64,000 nt of DNA, from the IMG/VR virus record IMGVR_UViG_3300037245_000806, positions 1-64,000 of that record; one strand, written 5' to 3'. The stretch comes from a virus. The notes under the pieces are model-generated. The model made no database searches, was not told where the DNA came from, and worked only from the letters and a program-made list of their open reading frames with translations. Shown here piece by piece: positions 27,620 through 37,271 of the stretch (position 1 is its first letter; every line of letters starts with the position of its first letter). The position numbers were made by a program, and so were the translations under genes.

Positions 27620-30600
27620 TAGAGGCCCCCGTTTGCAATCGTGGCGACATCAGGGTCTATGCCCTTCGTGCGTGGCCCGGAACGCGTGCCTGCGCCAGCC
27701 ACTCGCACCGGCCTGCCACCCTTAATGGCGGCGACGATCTCAGCAAGTAGCTCATTCGAGCGTATCAACGCATCGTGTACCGGCTTGTCTGAAGTGCTCG
27801 GGTCAAGTTCCATACGCGTCGTCTGTGAAATCTCACCGTGAGCAAGGACCGGTGAACTGAGTTCCTGCCTGAGATTCTTCGCGGTTGACACAGCGGCACG
27901 AATCGCCGCAGCCGTCTTACCGCGCTGCGTGATTATCGACTTGGCGTCCTCGCGAACGTTTCGCAGCATGCCAGCAAGAGCCTTGATGCCAGCCACAGGC
28001 TTGACAAGTCCTGACACCGCCTGCGTAGCTACATCGGAAGTCGTCTTCAGCGTCTCGGCAGTCATGCCGCCGATATTCTGCTTGAGCAACGCCATCTCAC
28101 CCACGATTGAGACGATACCTTTGCGGAAGGGCTCCATGCCTGCCACAATCGTCGTGAGCGCGCCGCTGAATATCCAGCCGTCCTGAAGCGCGCCAATGTT
28201 CTCACCTGTTTCGGCCACAGCAAGCGCGAGCGGGTTAAGCCCACGCACAACCTCTGCGGACACCTTGATCGCATGGATCGCTGCGTCGGCCCCGCCGAGG
28301 CCCTTGTCGAGGAAGAAGAACTCTGCCACGAGGCTGCGAATAACACCCGTTATGCCTGAGGCCTTGCCTGCCAGCGCCGCCATCGGTGAATCGACGCCGA
28401 AGAAGTCCATGATCGACTCCGTGGCCCGGCCAAGGTAAGTCGGCGAGATACTGCGGAGGCTCTGCGTTATCTTGTTGTAGTTGACCGTGAACTCAGCCAC
28501 CGCCTTGACGGTCCCACTCACATTGTCCAGCGCCTTAATCTCCGAGTTGCTGAAGTTGAACTTGGACACGAGCTTGTTCACAGTCCGCTTGATGGACGTC
28601 GTTTGGTCTGAAAGGCTTTCCAGCGGTGACTTCGCACCGAAGCCCCAGAGGATGAGGTCAACTGCTTTGCCAACCATAGCGCCAGCCGCGAGACCCGTGA
28701 TCGTGGCGGCAACCACAGCCAAGCCCGTAATGAACCTTACCGAACCTGTCATCGCCTTGAGCGCCGCGTCGAGCTTCGCCTGATCCACGTTGAACGTGTC
28801 GAGAAGCGTACTGATTATGTTGCCCACGCTACCTGACACACCCGTGGGATTGAGCACCTTCATGGCCCCGGCGAAGAGCATGAAGCCCGGCACTGACAGT
28901 GCGAGCCCTGCGCTGAGGCCGACCACACCCACCCCGATGCCAAGGAACGCTGGACCGATGAGAAGCAGCGATGCTGCCGTAGCGGCAATCTGCCCGGCGC
29001 TCATCGACTTGAACGCGTCAAACATGGGTGTGACTGCTTTACCTATGGCTTCGCCTATCGCCACGATTGCAGGGGCGGCAATACGCGCCATCGCGGCAAC
29101 CGAGAACCCGACACCCACGAGCGCGAGAAGCCCGAGGCCACCCGGACCCATCATGGCTGCGCCGAACGTGGTGAGCGCGGGCGCGAGAGCCGTCAGACCA
29201 GCGGCAAAGCCCGTCAGGAAGCCGCCACCACCCACAGCGCCACCAGCAGCGCCTGCCCCGGTTGCGAGCGTGGTAACGCCAGCGCTCGCCTTCTTGAAGA
29301 CGCCCATCGACGACATCAGATTCTTGCCCACCTTGAGGACGCTGCTGCCAATACCGAATATGAGCCGCTTGCCCGCAATGAGTGACTCAACACCCATCTT
29401 GGCGAGGTATCCCGTAGATACGATCACCTGCGGGTTGAAGTCGTCGAAGAATTCCCCGAGGCGTATCCCGAACTTCTCGGAGAACCAGAGCCCCACGGAA
29501 TCCTTGAATCCGGTCCACGAACCGCGCGTGGCTTGTGACCGCTCAGACAACTCAGCCATACCCTCAGCGACAGGGGCTATCGAGGCACGGAGCTTCTTAG
29601 CCGTGGCGACAATCTGGTCACCGTTCCTCGCGAGGTTCACGAACTGCTCTGCGGTACCCTCAAAATTCAGTGCTTCGAGCACAGGCTTCATGTTCTGCGT
29701 TGTGTCGCCCGCGAACTTGGCCATCCGCTGCGTCATGGCCTCTATGACCTCGACGCCTTGCCCGGAGGCCAGACTGTTACGTAGCTGGTCAACTGTGAGG
29801 CCGGTCAGCTTCGTGAACTGCGGACCGTACTCAGCCGGGTCAGTGAGCGCCTGCGACATTATCTGCGCCATCTCACCGCCGAGTTCACCCCAGTTTTGCG
29901 CGAGCGAGCCTGAGATAAGGGCGAACTGCTCGATCACGCCCTTCTTCATCGCGGGGTCTTTTAGCTCGGACAGGAATGCACCCAAGCCGCCCTCATTGAT
30001 CTGCGACATCATCTTCTCGCGGAACTGCTCGAAGTCGAGTGGCGTCTGCTGCGCGAACCTCCCGAAGGTCGTGAAGGTAGCAGCAATCTCATCGCGCGAA
30101 AGGCCGAAGGCATCGTTGAGCCGGTACATGCTTTCGGCCACACCACCAGCGTCGGTACCAAAGGCCTTGGCGGTCATGGCAGCGAGTGGTGCCATTTCCT
30201 TGAGCACGTCAACGTTTGTCTCACCGGCTTCGGTCATGGCGAGGTACGCACGGCCAACCTCGTCGGCGTTGACCGCGTTACCGTACAGCGCACGAGTATT
30301 TGCGATGAGCGCTTCCGTGGTGCTGTACAGCGTTTCGCGTGTCATGCCAAGCTTCGTGTTGGCTTCAAACATGCTCTCCGACAGGCTCTGCGTAGCATCG
30401 GTGCTTATGCCCACTTGGTCAGCGACTTCCCCGGCGGCGGAACGCACCCCACCAAAAGCCTGTTGCATGGACCCGAGTGCCCGGTGTATCGCCGCGAAGC
30501 GTGTCGGGCCAAGGATTTTCTTGAAGAGGTTACTGAACGTGTCTTCAGCCTCTTCGCCTTCCTCCTGAAACGCCTTGACCTGACCGGTCGCCTTCTTGAG

Positions 30601-31422
30601 CGCCGGGAGGAGCATCTTCTGCATCGACTGCGGCATCTTGGTGAAGTGCTCGCGGGCACCCACGAGGTGAACGTTGAGTGCGTCCATGGCCACGTTGTAC
30701 TTCGACTGCGCCTTGGGGTCGAGCCCAAGCTCCGCGAGGTCTTTGAGCTTCTCGGACGCCGTGGCGATGTTCTCAATGTTGGCCATGGCCTCCGCGAGAC
30801 CCTTACTGACGAACTTCCCCTTCGCCATCGTCTGCAATTCTTTGACGACATCAACAGGCAAGACAGCTTCGCCGGGCGTCAGTAGTGCGAGCACGTCGTC
30901 AATCCCACCGGCACCGGGGACGATACCACCCTTCGCGAACTTGGGGAGCCCCTGAAAGACGCCACGCATGTCGGGTGGCTGCGTCATGTCTTTGTACGCG
31001 GACCTGAGCGCGATGCTCGTGTCGAAAAACTTGTTCCGCTTGAGCGGAATCGTTGCACTGAGCCGAAGGGTTGTCTTGCGGAGAGCTTTCGTGACGGCCA
31101 TCGTAACAGCCCTGCCGATGGACTTCGCGCCCTTCGGCGACAACTCAAGAATGAGCGGTTGCGTGATGGGCTTGACGACTTTCCTGATCTTCGCGAGCGC
31201 CTTGCGATAGCTCGCAGCGGCGGTATTAGGCAGGGCCTCGAAGCTCTTCACCAATCTGGTGAGAGCCCCGAAGCCCTTGTTTGCGGAAGTGTATGCCTGT
31301 GCGTTCCACTTCGTGAGCGACTTGGTGAAACGCTCGTAGTCATTCGACGCACGCTGAAGCTCTGGCGACAGCGTGTTATCCAGCTGTAGGTAGAAGCCGA
31401 TGGCGTCCGCAGCGAAGCTCAT
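27619..31422 (-). CDS. tape measure protein
   Basis: 1267 aa, Ala/Gly-rich helical, hydrophobic middle, between chaperones and baseplate. Confidence 0.85.
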   Translation of the reverse strand: MSFAADAIGFYLQLDNTLSPELQRASNDYERFTKSLTKWNAQAYTSANKGFGALTRLVKSFEALPNTAAASYRKALAKIRKVVKPITQPLILELSPKGAKSIGRAVTMAVTKALRKTTLRLSATIPLKRNKFFDTSIALRSAYKDMTQPPDMRGVFQGLPKFAKGGIVPGAGGIDDVLALLTPGEAVLPVDVVKELQTMAKGKFVSKGLAEAMANIENIATASEKLKDLAELGLDPKAQSKYNVAMDALNVHLVGAREHFTKMPQSMQKMLLPALKKATGQVKAFQEEGEEAEDTFSNLFKKILGPTRFAAIHRALGSMQQAFGGVRSAAGEVADQVGISTDATQSLSESMFEANTKLGMTRETLYSTTEALIANTRALYGNAVNADEVGRAYLAMTEAGETNVDVLKEMAPLAAMTAKAFGTDAGGVAESMYRLNDAFGLSRDEIAATFTTFGRFAQQTPLDFEQFREKMMSQINEGGLGAFLSELKDPAMKKGVIEQFALISGSLAQNWGELGGEMAQIMSQALTDPAEYGPQFTKLTGLTVDQLRNSLASGQGVEVIEAMTQRMAKFAGDTTQNMKPVLEALNFEGTAEQFVNLARNGDQIVATAKKLRASIAPVAEGMAELSERSQATRGSWTGFKDSVGLWFSEKFGIRLGEFFDDFNPQVIVSTGYLAKMGVESLIAGKRLIFGIGSSVLKVGKNLMSSMGVFKKASAGVTTLATGAGAAGGAVGGGGFLTGFAAGLTALAPALTTFGAAMMGPGGLGLLALVGVGFSVAAMARIAAPAIVAIGEAIGKAVTPMFDAFKSMSAGQIAATAASLLLIGPAFLGIGVGVVGLSAGLALSVPGFMLFAGAMKVLNPTGVSGSVGNIISTLLDTFNVDQAKLDAALKAMTGSVRFITGLAVVAATITGLAAGAMVGKAVDLILWGFGAKSPLESLSDQTTSIKRTVNKLVSKFNFSNSEIKALDNVSGTVKAVAEFTVNYNKITQSLRSISPTYLGRATESIMDFFGVDSPMAALAGKASGITGVIRSLVAEFFFLDKGLGGADAAIHAIKVSAEVVRGLNPLALAVAETGENIGALQDGWIFSGALTTIVAGMEPFRKGIVSIVGEMALLKQNIGGMTAETLKTTSDVATQAVSGLVKPVAGIKALAGMLRNVREDAKSIITQRGKTAAAIRAAVSTAKNLRQELSSPVLAHGEISQTTRMELDPSTSDKPVHDALIRSNELLAEIVAAIKGGRPVRVAGAGTRSGPRTKGIDPDVATIANGGL

Positions 31423-31434
31423 CGCTCATCCCCG

Positions 31435-31447
31435 TAACACAGTGTCA
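31435..31447. promoter_or_regulatory. palindromic operator-like site 8 (TAACACAGTGTCA)
   Basis: overlaps upstream stop; 12 nt before tape measure ATG. Confidence 0.75.
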
Positions 31448-31657
31448 ACGCTTCCGCATACTCTGCCTGACCCGCTGATTGTGCTGTTGCTGTGCCTGAT
31501 GCTTCTCCTTCAGTTCGTCATTCAGGCGATTCACATGCCAATTCAGCGTGTCGAGCGTCATTTCACCGATGAAGTCACCGGTGTAGCCATTCCCACAGTT
31601 TAGCAGGAAGTACGTATAGACCCGAAGCGTCTCGGCATCACAGACTGCTTGGCCGAA
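31445..31657 (-). CDS. tail chaperone second ORF (gp51/gpT-like), probably reached by frameshift
   Basis: YFLL...MTL...W...L...K pattern, position before tape measure, no plausible start of its own. Confidence 0.55.
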   Translation of the reverse strand, partial: FGQAVCDAETLRVYTYFLLNCGNGYTGDFIGEMTLDTLNWHVNRLNDELKEKHQAQQQHNQRVRQSMRKR

Positions 31658-32462
31658 AGAACTCGGCGGTGAACGGCATCGCCATCTTGTTGACCGCGCC
31701 ACAACCCCGACACTCAGGGTAGACGGTCAAGTCGATGCCGGGCTCAACGCCCTCCACTTCGATTCTGATCTTCGCGGTATCCGTCGCCGACAACTTGCGG
31801 ACAAACTGCTCGCGCTTATTGAGCTTCACTTCCTCTTCGTCTATCGACACGATCTGAAGCGCGATGCGCAGCAGGTACGACGGGTCAGCTGCGTCCACGG
31901 ACTGAAGCAGCAGACGCTTCGTCCGCTTGACGATGCGCTCCTCGTCGCTGCCCCGCAGGAACCTGAGCTTCAGTTCACTCCCAGAGTCGGGCAGTGTGAT
32001 CGCAATGGGCTCTTCGAGAGTCCAATCCTCAACGTCTTCCCCGGCCTTATCCGCCTTCTCCGCACGCGCGTCGGCGATGGTATCCGGGGTGTTTTCTTCG
32101 AGGTCTTCGAGAATGTTGACCGGCGTGCGCTGCATCTGGCCGCAGTACGCACACTTGTAATCGAAGTTGTAGTTGGGGCCAAACGTGATCGTCCTGAGCG
32201 CCAGCATGGTCGCCATGCGGTCCGTCAGCAGCAGGTCTTCATGCTTGAAGCCGCCGGGAAGCTGGACGCAACTCTTCAGGGTGAGGTTCATCCTGTCGAG
32301 GCCTTGAGCACCCTGCCCAAGCAAAAGTGCCTCCTCGGTGGCCTTGAGCTTCCTGATGCCTATGACACCATCAGGAATGCTGTCCCCGTAGAGGACGCCG
32401 CGAGAAGGCAAATTTGCCGTCGTGTAACCCAATTGCTTCGTATCAGACTGTGCTTCGCCCAT
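31638..32462 (-). CDS. tail/hub assembly chaperone (T4 gp26-like)
   Basis: LPSRGVLY, EEALL, CAYCG, LRFLRG.DE, CRGCG, C-terminal EFFRP. Confidence 0.8.
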   Translation of the reverse strand: MGEAQSDTKQLGYTTANLPSRGVLYGDSIPDGVIGIRKLKATEEALLLGQGAQGLDRMNLTLKSCVQLPGGFKHEDLLLTDRMATMLALRTITFGPNYNFDYKCAYCGQMQRTPVNILEDLEENTPDTIADARAEKADKAGEDVEDWTLEEPIAITLPDSGSELKLRFLRGSDEERIVKRTKRLLLQSVDAADPSYLLRIALQIVSIDEEEVKLNKREQFVRKLSATDTAKIRIEVEGVEPGIDLTVYPECRGCGAVNKMAMPFTAEFFRPSSL

Positions 32463-32544
32463 CTTAATACCCCTTCGCTGAAAGAGGGCCTATACCAACT
32501 CCGACACAATGCCGGAACACACACACATGCATCGTCTCACCTGA

Positions 32545-33066
32545 TTAGGCGAGGACGTTTCCGCCTGCGACCGGGATCGCCTTGTCGATGGTGAGCGTCA
32601 ACGTGATGTTGATCGTGTCCTCACCCGCGAGGTCAACGTCGCCCGGATCGAAGCCCGAAGGCCAGCAACCGATGAGGTCGTACTGGCGGATGAACTCGCC
32701 GTTGGGCGCGTAGAGTTCCGCCCAACCGTTCTTCGCGTACTCCCACTTGAGGCCAATCTTGCCGGTCTCAGGATCATACACGAGCTTGCGCCACGCGTGC
32801 AGGATCGAGGACGTGTTCACAGGGACGTAGTCCTTGTAAAGCACGGACAGGTCGTCGAACGTCGGCAGGCCCGCGAACTTGCGCTTCTCGTTCACGTGCC
32901 CAATCTCGACGATACCGTTCGTCACCTTCGGGAGAGGGAATGACGCCAGCGAGAGCGACAACTCCTCGTCACCCGGAAGATCGGCGAAGTGCAACACAGC
33001 GTTGTTTACGCGCTGCGGCTCCCAGCCCTGCGAACCGACATGGTCTGCTACAAGGGAAATCGGCAT
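32545..33066 (-). CDS. tail tube protein (gp19-like)
   Basis: RKFAG..F, W...VYDPETG, GCWP, LTLTID; follows sheath. Confidence 0.9.
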   Translation of the reverse strand: MPISLVADHVGSQGWEPQRVNNAVLHFADLPGDEELSLSLASFPLPKVTNGIVEIGHVNEKRKFAGLPTFDDLSVLYKDYVPVNTSSILHAWRKLVYDPETGKIGLKWEYAKNGWAELYAPNGEFIRQYDLIGCWPSGFDPGDVDLAGEDTINITLTLTIDKAIPVAGGNVLA

Positions 33067-33124
33067 GTGAGCCTCCCAACCTTCACCGCATCCAGAAGCC
33101 TAAAGGCTTCGCCTCATCGCGTCG

Positions 33125-35428
33125 TTACTCCGAGAATTCTACCCCGGAGGCGAAGACCGCGAAGTCCATCTCAATGCCCTCAGCGCCGGGCGTCGGCGTA
33201 AGGTAAAGCTTGCCCTTCATCGACCGCCTGCGCCGCAACGTCGGCGGGTTCGTAGTGCCGTCACACACGACCTTGAACGACTCCAAACCCCGCTGGGCCG
33301 CGATGTCCCCGAGGTGCTTGTTGCAGACCGTCTGGAACTTCTTCCACGTCGTCGGGTCATTCGGCTCGAAGACCAGATACTTCACGGACGTGGCGCAGAG
33401 CTTCTCGGCGCGCAGGAGCAAGCGGCGCACATGCACGTCGGTCAGCTGAGACCACTTCCTCTGAAGCGTCCGGTTGCCGAAGAGCGTCGGCCCCTGCCCC
33501 ACGAAGTCCACGATGGGGTTGACGCGGTTGTCGCCCGTGAAGATCGGGCACATCTCGTCGCGGTCGTCCTGCGACGGACTGTACTCGACGGCATCCGAAT
33601 CGATGATACCCCGGTTGTGTCCGGCGGCGGGGAACCATGGCGCGGCCACGCGGTCGGTGTACGCGAACCGTGCAGCGACGTAGCCGGATGTCGGCAGCCA
33701 GATGTTCTGCTTGTTGTACTCGTCGTACACACGCGACCACGACCACGTGAAGGTACCGTAACTCGTGTCGAGCGCGACGAGCGGTGCCTCCGGGTCAGTG
33801 GCGAGATCGCCGTTGTGCCAGTCAATCGCCTCGGCCTTGGTGAGCCCGAAGGGGGCGTCCACAAGGCAGATGCTGTCGAGGCGCTTTTCCGCCGTGGCAA
33901 TCATCTCGTTCACCACGTCGCGATGGCTGACGCCCGGCACCGCGAGGACGTTGAACTCGATGGACTCGTTGTTCTGCACGGCCTTGAGGCCGGTCGCAGA
34001 CGTGCCCGAGATCGTGCCGACGTAGTCGGCGGTCGTGAGGCCGGTGATACCATTGCGACCCTCAGTTGCGGGTGACGTGCCGAGTTGGTACGTGGCATTC
34101 GTCGGGGTACCATCGGTGATGACGTCCAGAGTGATGTACTCCGACGGATCGACCTCGTTCAAGATGCCTTCCTCGATGACCTTCTCGGCGTAGCGTTCTG
34201 AGGCCGGGTCGAGTACGAGGTTCACGAAACGCTCGACAATCGCGCGGGCACCACTCTTGTCCACCACGGCCTCGACGACGAGGTCGAAGGCGTCCACGGG
34301 CGCATTGAGGGCGCTCGTGTCGCTGATGATAACGGAAACGTTGTTATTCGCCCACGTCCCCGGCGTTGCCGCAACTGCGTCCATCAACGGAATGACGCCG
34401 CCCGGTATGGCGTCCACACCACCGGTCAGACCGACCGTCCCGATGTTCACGCCGTCAGTGACGAGCACTGCATTGCCGTCGATGCCGCCGGTCTTGTGCG
34501 TCACGTCCATCTGAGGAATCGTGACAGTGCCGTCCGCAACGTTCACGTCAACGCTCGTGAGCGCAATGGCGGCGATGAGGTTGGTCAGCGTCTCGGCAGC
34601 ATCCGTGCCAATGAGGACGGGCACGTTGCCGGGGAGATAGCTGGCGTTGTCGTCGAACTCGAAGGTGTACTTGTGTGTATTCGCGTAGTTCACGCTGCTG
34701 ACGTTGAACGCCTCGCCGTTGATCGCAGCGTGGAGCGCGGCCATCGCCTCGTAAGGATCGGTGATGCCCGTGATGTCCACCCACACCTCGGTGACGGGGT
34801 CAACCGTGTTGAACTCGAAGGTGGTCGGCGTCACGCCATCGGAGACAATGACTTGGTCACCAGACAGAGGCATGGCGCTGCCAATGAGCTTGAGCGTGCC
34901 GACCGCAGGATGTGTCGGGTCGCCACCGTCCATGCCAGTTGCGGCGATGCGCGCACCACCGACAGGCACCGAGAGCGCCACGTTACCGAGCGCACCGTCG
35001 TTGTCATTCTCAAGGTTAAGCTGCGGCACCGTGTCGTGGATGGTGACGGTCTCACCGTCACTCGGGTTCGTGGACGCGGTGAACGAAACGTTACCGCTGG
35101 CGTCAACTGCTGCCACGCCCGCCGAAGGCCCGTTGATCTCTACCTCAGCGCTCGCCACGCCGGTGACAGGAGTCTTGTCGGCGACACGCGTGTAGATCAG
35201 CTGGTCGCCCTCCTTGAGGTATTGAATCGCGGCCTGAAGGCCGTAGTCAGTCACGAGGGGTGCGCCGAACTTTTCGATGAGTTCCGGCTCATTGGTAACG
35301 AGCGTCGGGGTATCGACTGGCCCCTTCGTCGCGCCGCCAAGAGCACAGAAGCGCGTGAGGCCCAGCTGCGCAGCGTACTCGGAGAAGTCCAACTCATTAA
35401 CACGAACGCCTGCACTCAGGATAGCCAT
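33125..35428 (-). CDS. contractile tail sheath protein (gp18-like)
   Basis: SAGVRVNELDFS, KGPVDTP, PWFPAAGHNRG, VNPI, GNRTL, VRRLL, FEPND. Confidence 0.95.
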   Translation of the reverse strand: MAILSAGVRVNELDFSEYAAQLGLTRFCALGGATKGPVDTPTLVTNEPELIEKFGAPLVTDYGLQAAIQYLKEGDQLIYTRVADKTPVTGVASAEVEINGPSAGVAAVDASGNVSFTASTNPSDGETVTIHDTVPQLNLENDNDGALGNVALSVPVGGARIAATGMDGGDPTHPAVGTLKLIGSAMPLSGDQVIVSDGVTPTTFEFNTVDPVTEVWVDITGITDPYEAMAALHAAINGEAFNVSSVNYANTHKYTFEFDDNASYLPGNVPVLIGTDAAETLTNLIAAIALTSVDVNVADGTVTIPQMDVTHKTGGIDGNAVLVTDGVNIGTVGLTGGVDAIPGGVIPLMDAVAATPGTWANNNVSVIISDTSALNAPVDAFDLVVEAVVDKSGARAIVERFVNLVLDPASERYAEKVIEEGILNEVDPSEYITLDVITDGTPTNATYQLGTSPATEGRNGITGLTTADYVGTISGTSATGLKAVQNNESIEFNVLAVPGVSHRDVVNEMIATAEKRLDSICLVDAPFGLTKAEAIDWHNGDLATDPEAPLVALDTSYGTFTWSWSRVYDEYNKQNIWLPTSGYVAARFAYTDRVAAPWFPAAGHNRGIIDSDAVEYSPSQDDRDEMCPIFTGDNRVNPIVDFVGQGPTLFGNRTLQRKWSQLTDVHVRRLLLRAEKLCATSVKYLVFEPNDPTTWKKFQTVCNKHLGDIAAQRGLESFKVVCDGTTNPPTLRRRRSMKGKLYLTPTPGAEGIEMDFAVFASGVEFSE

Positions 35429-35497
35429 CGGTCACCAACCTTCTTTCACATTAGCCGCCGAACCACGTCCGGTAGCCAACCCTCCGATGCGCCCCTG

Positions 35498-35689
35498 TTA
35501 CGCAGGGCGGATTTTGATGTGATGCCGGTCAGCGAGGTGCTTCGTGCGCTTCGTCTGACAGGATGCATCCACCGGTCCATGCTTGCCGCGTGGCCCAAGG
35601 TTTACCGTCTCATCCTCGCCTGCCGCGTTGCGGAGCACGAGCTTGACGGACTGATTGAGCTTGTTATGGATTGTTATCATGTCGGCCAC
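35498..35689 (-). CDS. small hypothetical virion-cluster protein
   Basis: fills gap between terminator and sheath genes; AAGGAAGG RBS. Confidence 0.55.
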   Translation of the reverse strand: MADMITIHNKLNQSVKLVLRNAAGEDETVNLGPRGKHGPVDASCQTKRTKHLADRHHIKIRPA

Positions 35690-35721
35690 GGTCAACCCAA
35701 CCTTCCTTGCAGATACGCCGC

Positions 35722-37269
35722 CTATATTGAATGGCCCCGATAGGGACCGTCAAACCTTTGAATATAGACCGCAGAAAGCGCGGTTGTCTTCGGAACGCGC
35801 AGCGCGAGGGTATCGCCCTTCGGTTGCACGAGGAAGACAGCGCCCACGTTCACGGAGGAATCTACAACACGCTGCGCCGAGTAGGCGGGGGCGGCAGCAT
35901 CATCCTCAACCGTGACAATGTTGGGGCCACCGGTAGTGGCCGAAACGACAATTATGCACAGCCATGGTTCCCGTGCAAGTGAAAACCACTCATATTTTAT
36001 CTCCTCGCCGAGGTCAGTTTGGGCGTCGGGAGCGACCTTTGTTTGCTCATATACCCGGCGAACCTCGATTGCAGACACGAGCACGTCCTGCGCGGCCTGA
36101 TTACCGATGCCAGCGATGCGCGCGATATAAGAATCTTCATCGACAACGCTGAAGTAATGTACCTTCTGCCACAGGTCGCTCGCGGGAAGGATCAAACTGT
36201 CAGCGCTTGACAGTGTGTCAACATCGAACTTGCGCTGCACGACTTCGAGTTCAACCCGTCCTGACGCCGTATACTGGAATGACGTGGCGAAGACGTTAAG
36301 GCCGTCGTCATCGAGAAGCGTTGGGCTCTCGATCAATGGCACCTTGTCTGCCTGAACTGCCACGCCTATACGCAGGGTCAATGGCACGCCGCCAGCAAAG
36401 GCGTCCTTGGGGAACTCAACACTCGCTTTTACCGTAGCGTCACCCTCGACAGGCCACAACTCTGAGAAGCGGTTCTCAGGGAACTTGACGCGAAAGAGGT
36501 TCCACGACTGCACTGAAAGGTCAGCGGTGTCCAGAAGCACCCCGTCGTCGCCTACCTCCGCGTATACATCAGTGCCACCAACCTCGACAGGGTATCCGCC
36601 TTCAGTCGAGGGCTTGAACACCCACGTGCGCAGACTGAACGTGTATTCCTTGCGCATGTACCGCGCGCCTTCGCCTTCGAGGTCGGAAAGGTCACTGCTG
36701 CCGGTCATCTTGAGGGAATGCATGATCTCACCGAACGGCTCTTTGTGAACCACGGGGATGAAGAGTTCGTTCTCAGCGGCTCCGCGATTCCCGAGCTGTC
36801 CGTATATCCATTCGCGCATATAGACTTCGGTATACTTCTTGATGCACCACAGGGTGACGCGGTAATCAGTGCGGTAGTGCGACGGGAATGGATGCCGCTC
36901 ATACTGCCCGGTCGCCTCATTGAAATACTTGGTCCTGAACTCCTTCGTCGGCGAACCGGGAAGCTCAGGATCGAGGACCGGCTCATCGCGTTCCAGCGTG
37001 GCGATGGGGAGGGGAAGTATCGTGAAGTCCTTCTTCGCCTCTTTGCGCATCTCTTCCGCGTCGGCACCCTTTACAAAATCCAGCCCCACGAGGAGGTCAA
37101 CCACGGTCGCATACGCGCGTTGAGGGGTGCTGTACACACGCAAGATAGGGAACTGCGGCTTGGCCTCACCACCGAGATCGCCGTAATCGACAAGAAGCCC
37201 GCTAATCCAGTTGTAGAAGGCCACGTCGTGGACCCGCATGCTGTCTTCAAATGTCTCAGGGACCGCCAT
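35722..37269 (-). CDS. tail terminator-like protein (gp15-like) with C-terminal extension
   Basis: LPIATLER, P..Y...YRVTLW, R.EYTFSL in N-half; position before sheath. Confidence 0.6.
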   Translation of the reverse strand: MAVPETFEDSMRVHDVAFYNWISGLLVDYGDLGGEAKPQFPILRVYSTPQRAYATVVDLLVGLDFVKGADAEEMRKEAKKDFTILPLPIATLERDEPVLDPELPGSPTKEFRTKYFNEATGQYERHPFPSHYRTDYRVTLWCIKKYTEVYMREWIYGQLGNRGAAENELFIPVVHKEPFGEIMHSLKMTGSSDLSDLEGEGARYMRKEYTFSLRTWVFKPSTEGGYPVEVGGTDVYAEVGDDGVLLDTADLSVQSWNLFRVKFPENRFSELWPVEGDATVKASVEFPKDAFAGGVPLTLRIGVAVQADKVPLIESPTLLDDDGLNVFATSFQYTASGRVELEVVQRKFDVDTLSSADSLILPASDLWQKVHYFSVVDEDSYIARIAGIGNQAAQDVLVSAIEVRRVYEQTKVAPDAQTDLGEEIKYEWFSLAREPWLCIIVVSATTGGPNIVTVEDDAAAPAYSAQRVVDSSVNVGAVFLVQPKGDTLALRVPKTTALSAVYIQRFDGPYRGHSI

Positions 37270-37271
37270 GG

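Noticed and set aside
28790-30568. 592-aa plus-strand ORF (also 34496..35743, 40441..41787, 58186..59388, 12909..13916)
   Set aside because: Antisense shadows of clear minus-strand genes in high-GC DNA; no protein-like motifs
31638-31702. Lambda-type -1 frameshift, or the ORF-track start at 31702
   Set aside because: Downstream ORF is in the +1 frame, there is no XXXYYYZ heptamer, and the 31702 start lacks an RBS and lies inside the upstream gene
32502-32514. Degenerate operator-like CGACACAATGCCG (also a half-site near 56128)
   Set aside because: Three or more mismatches to the consensus; not counted among the 13 sites
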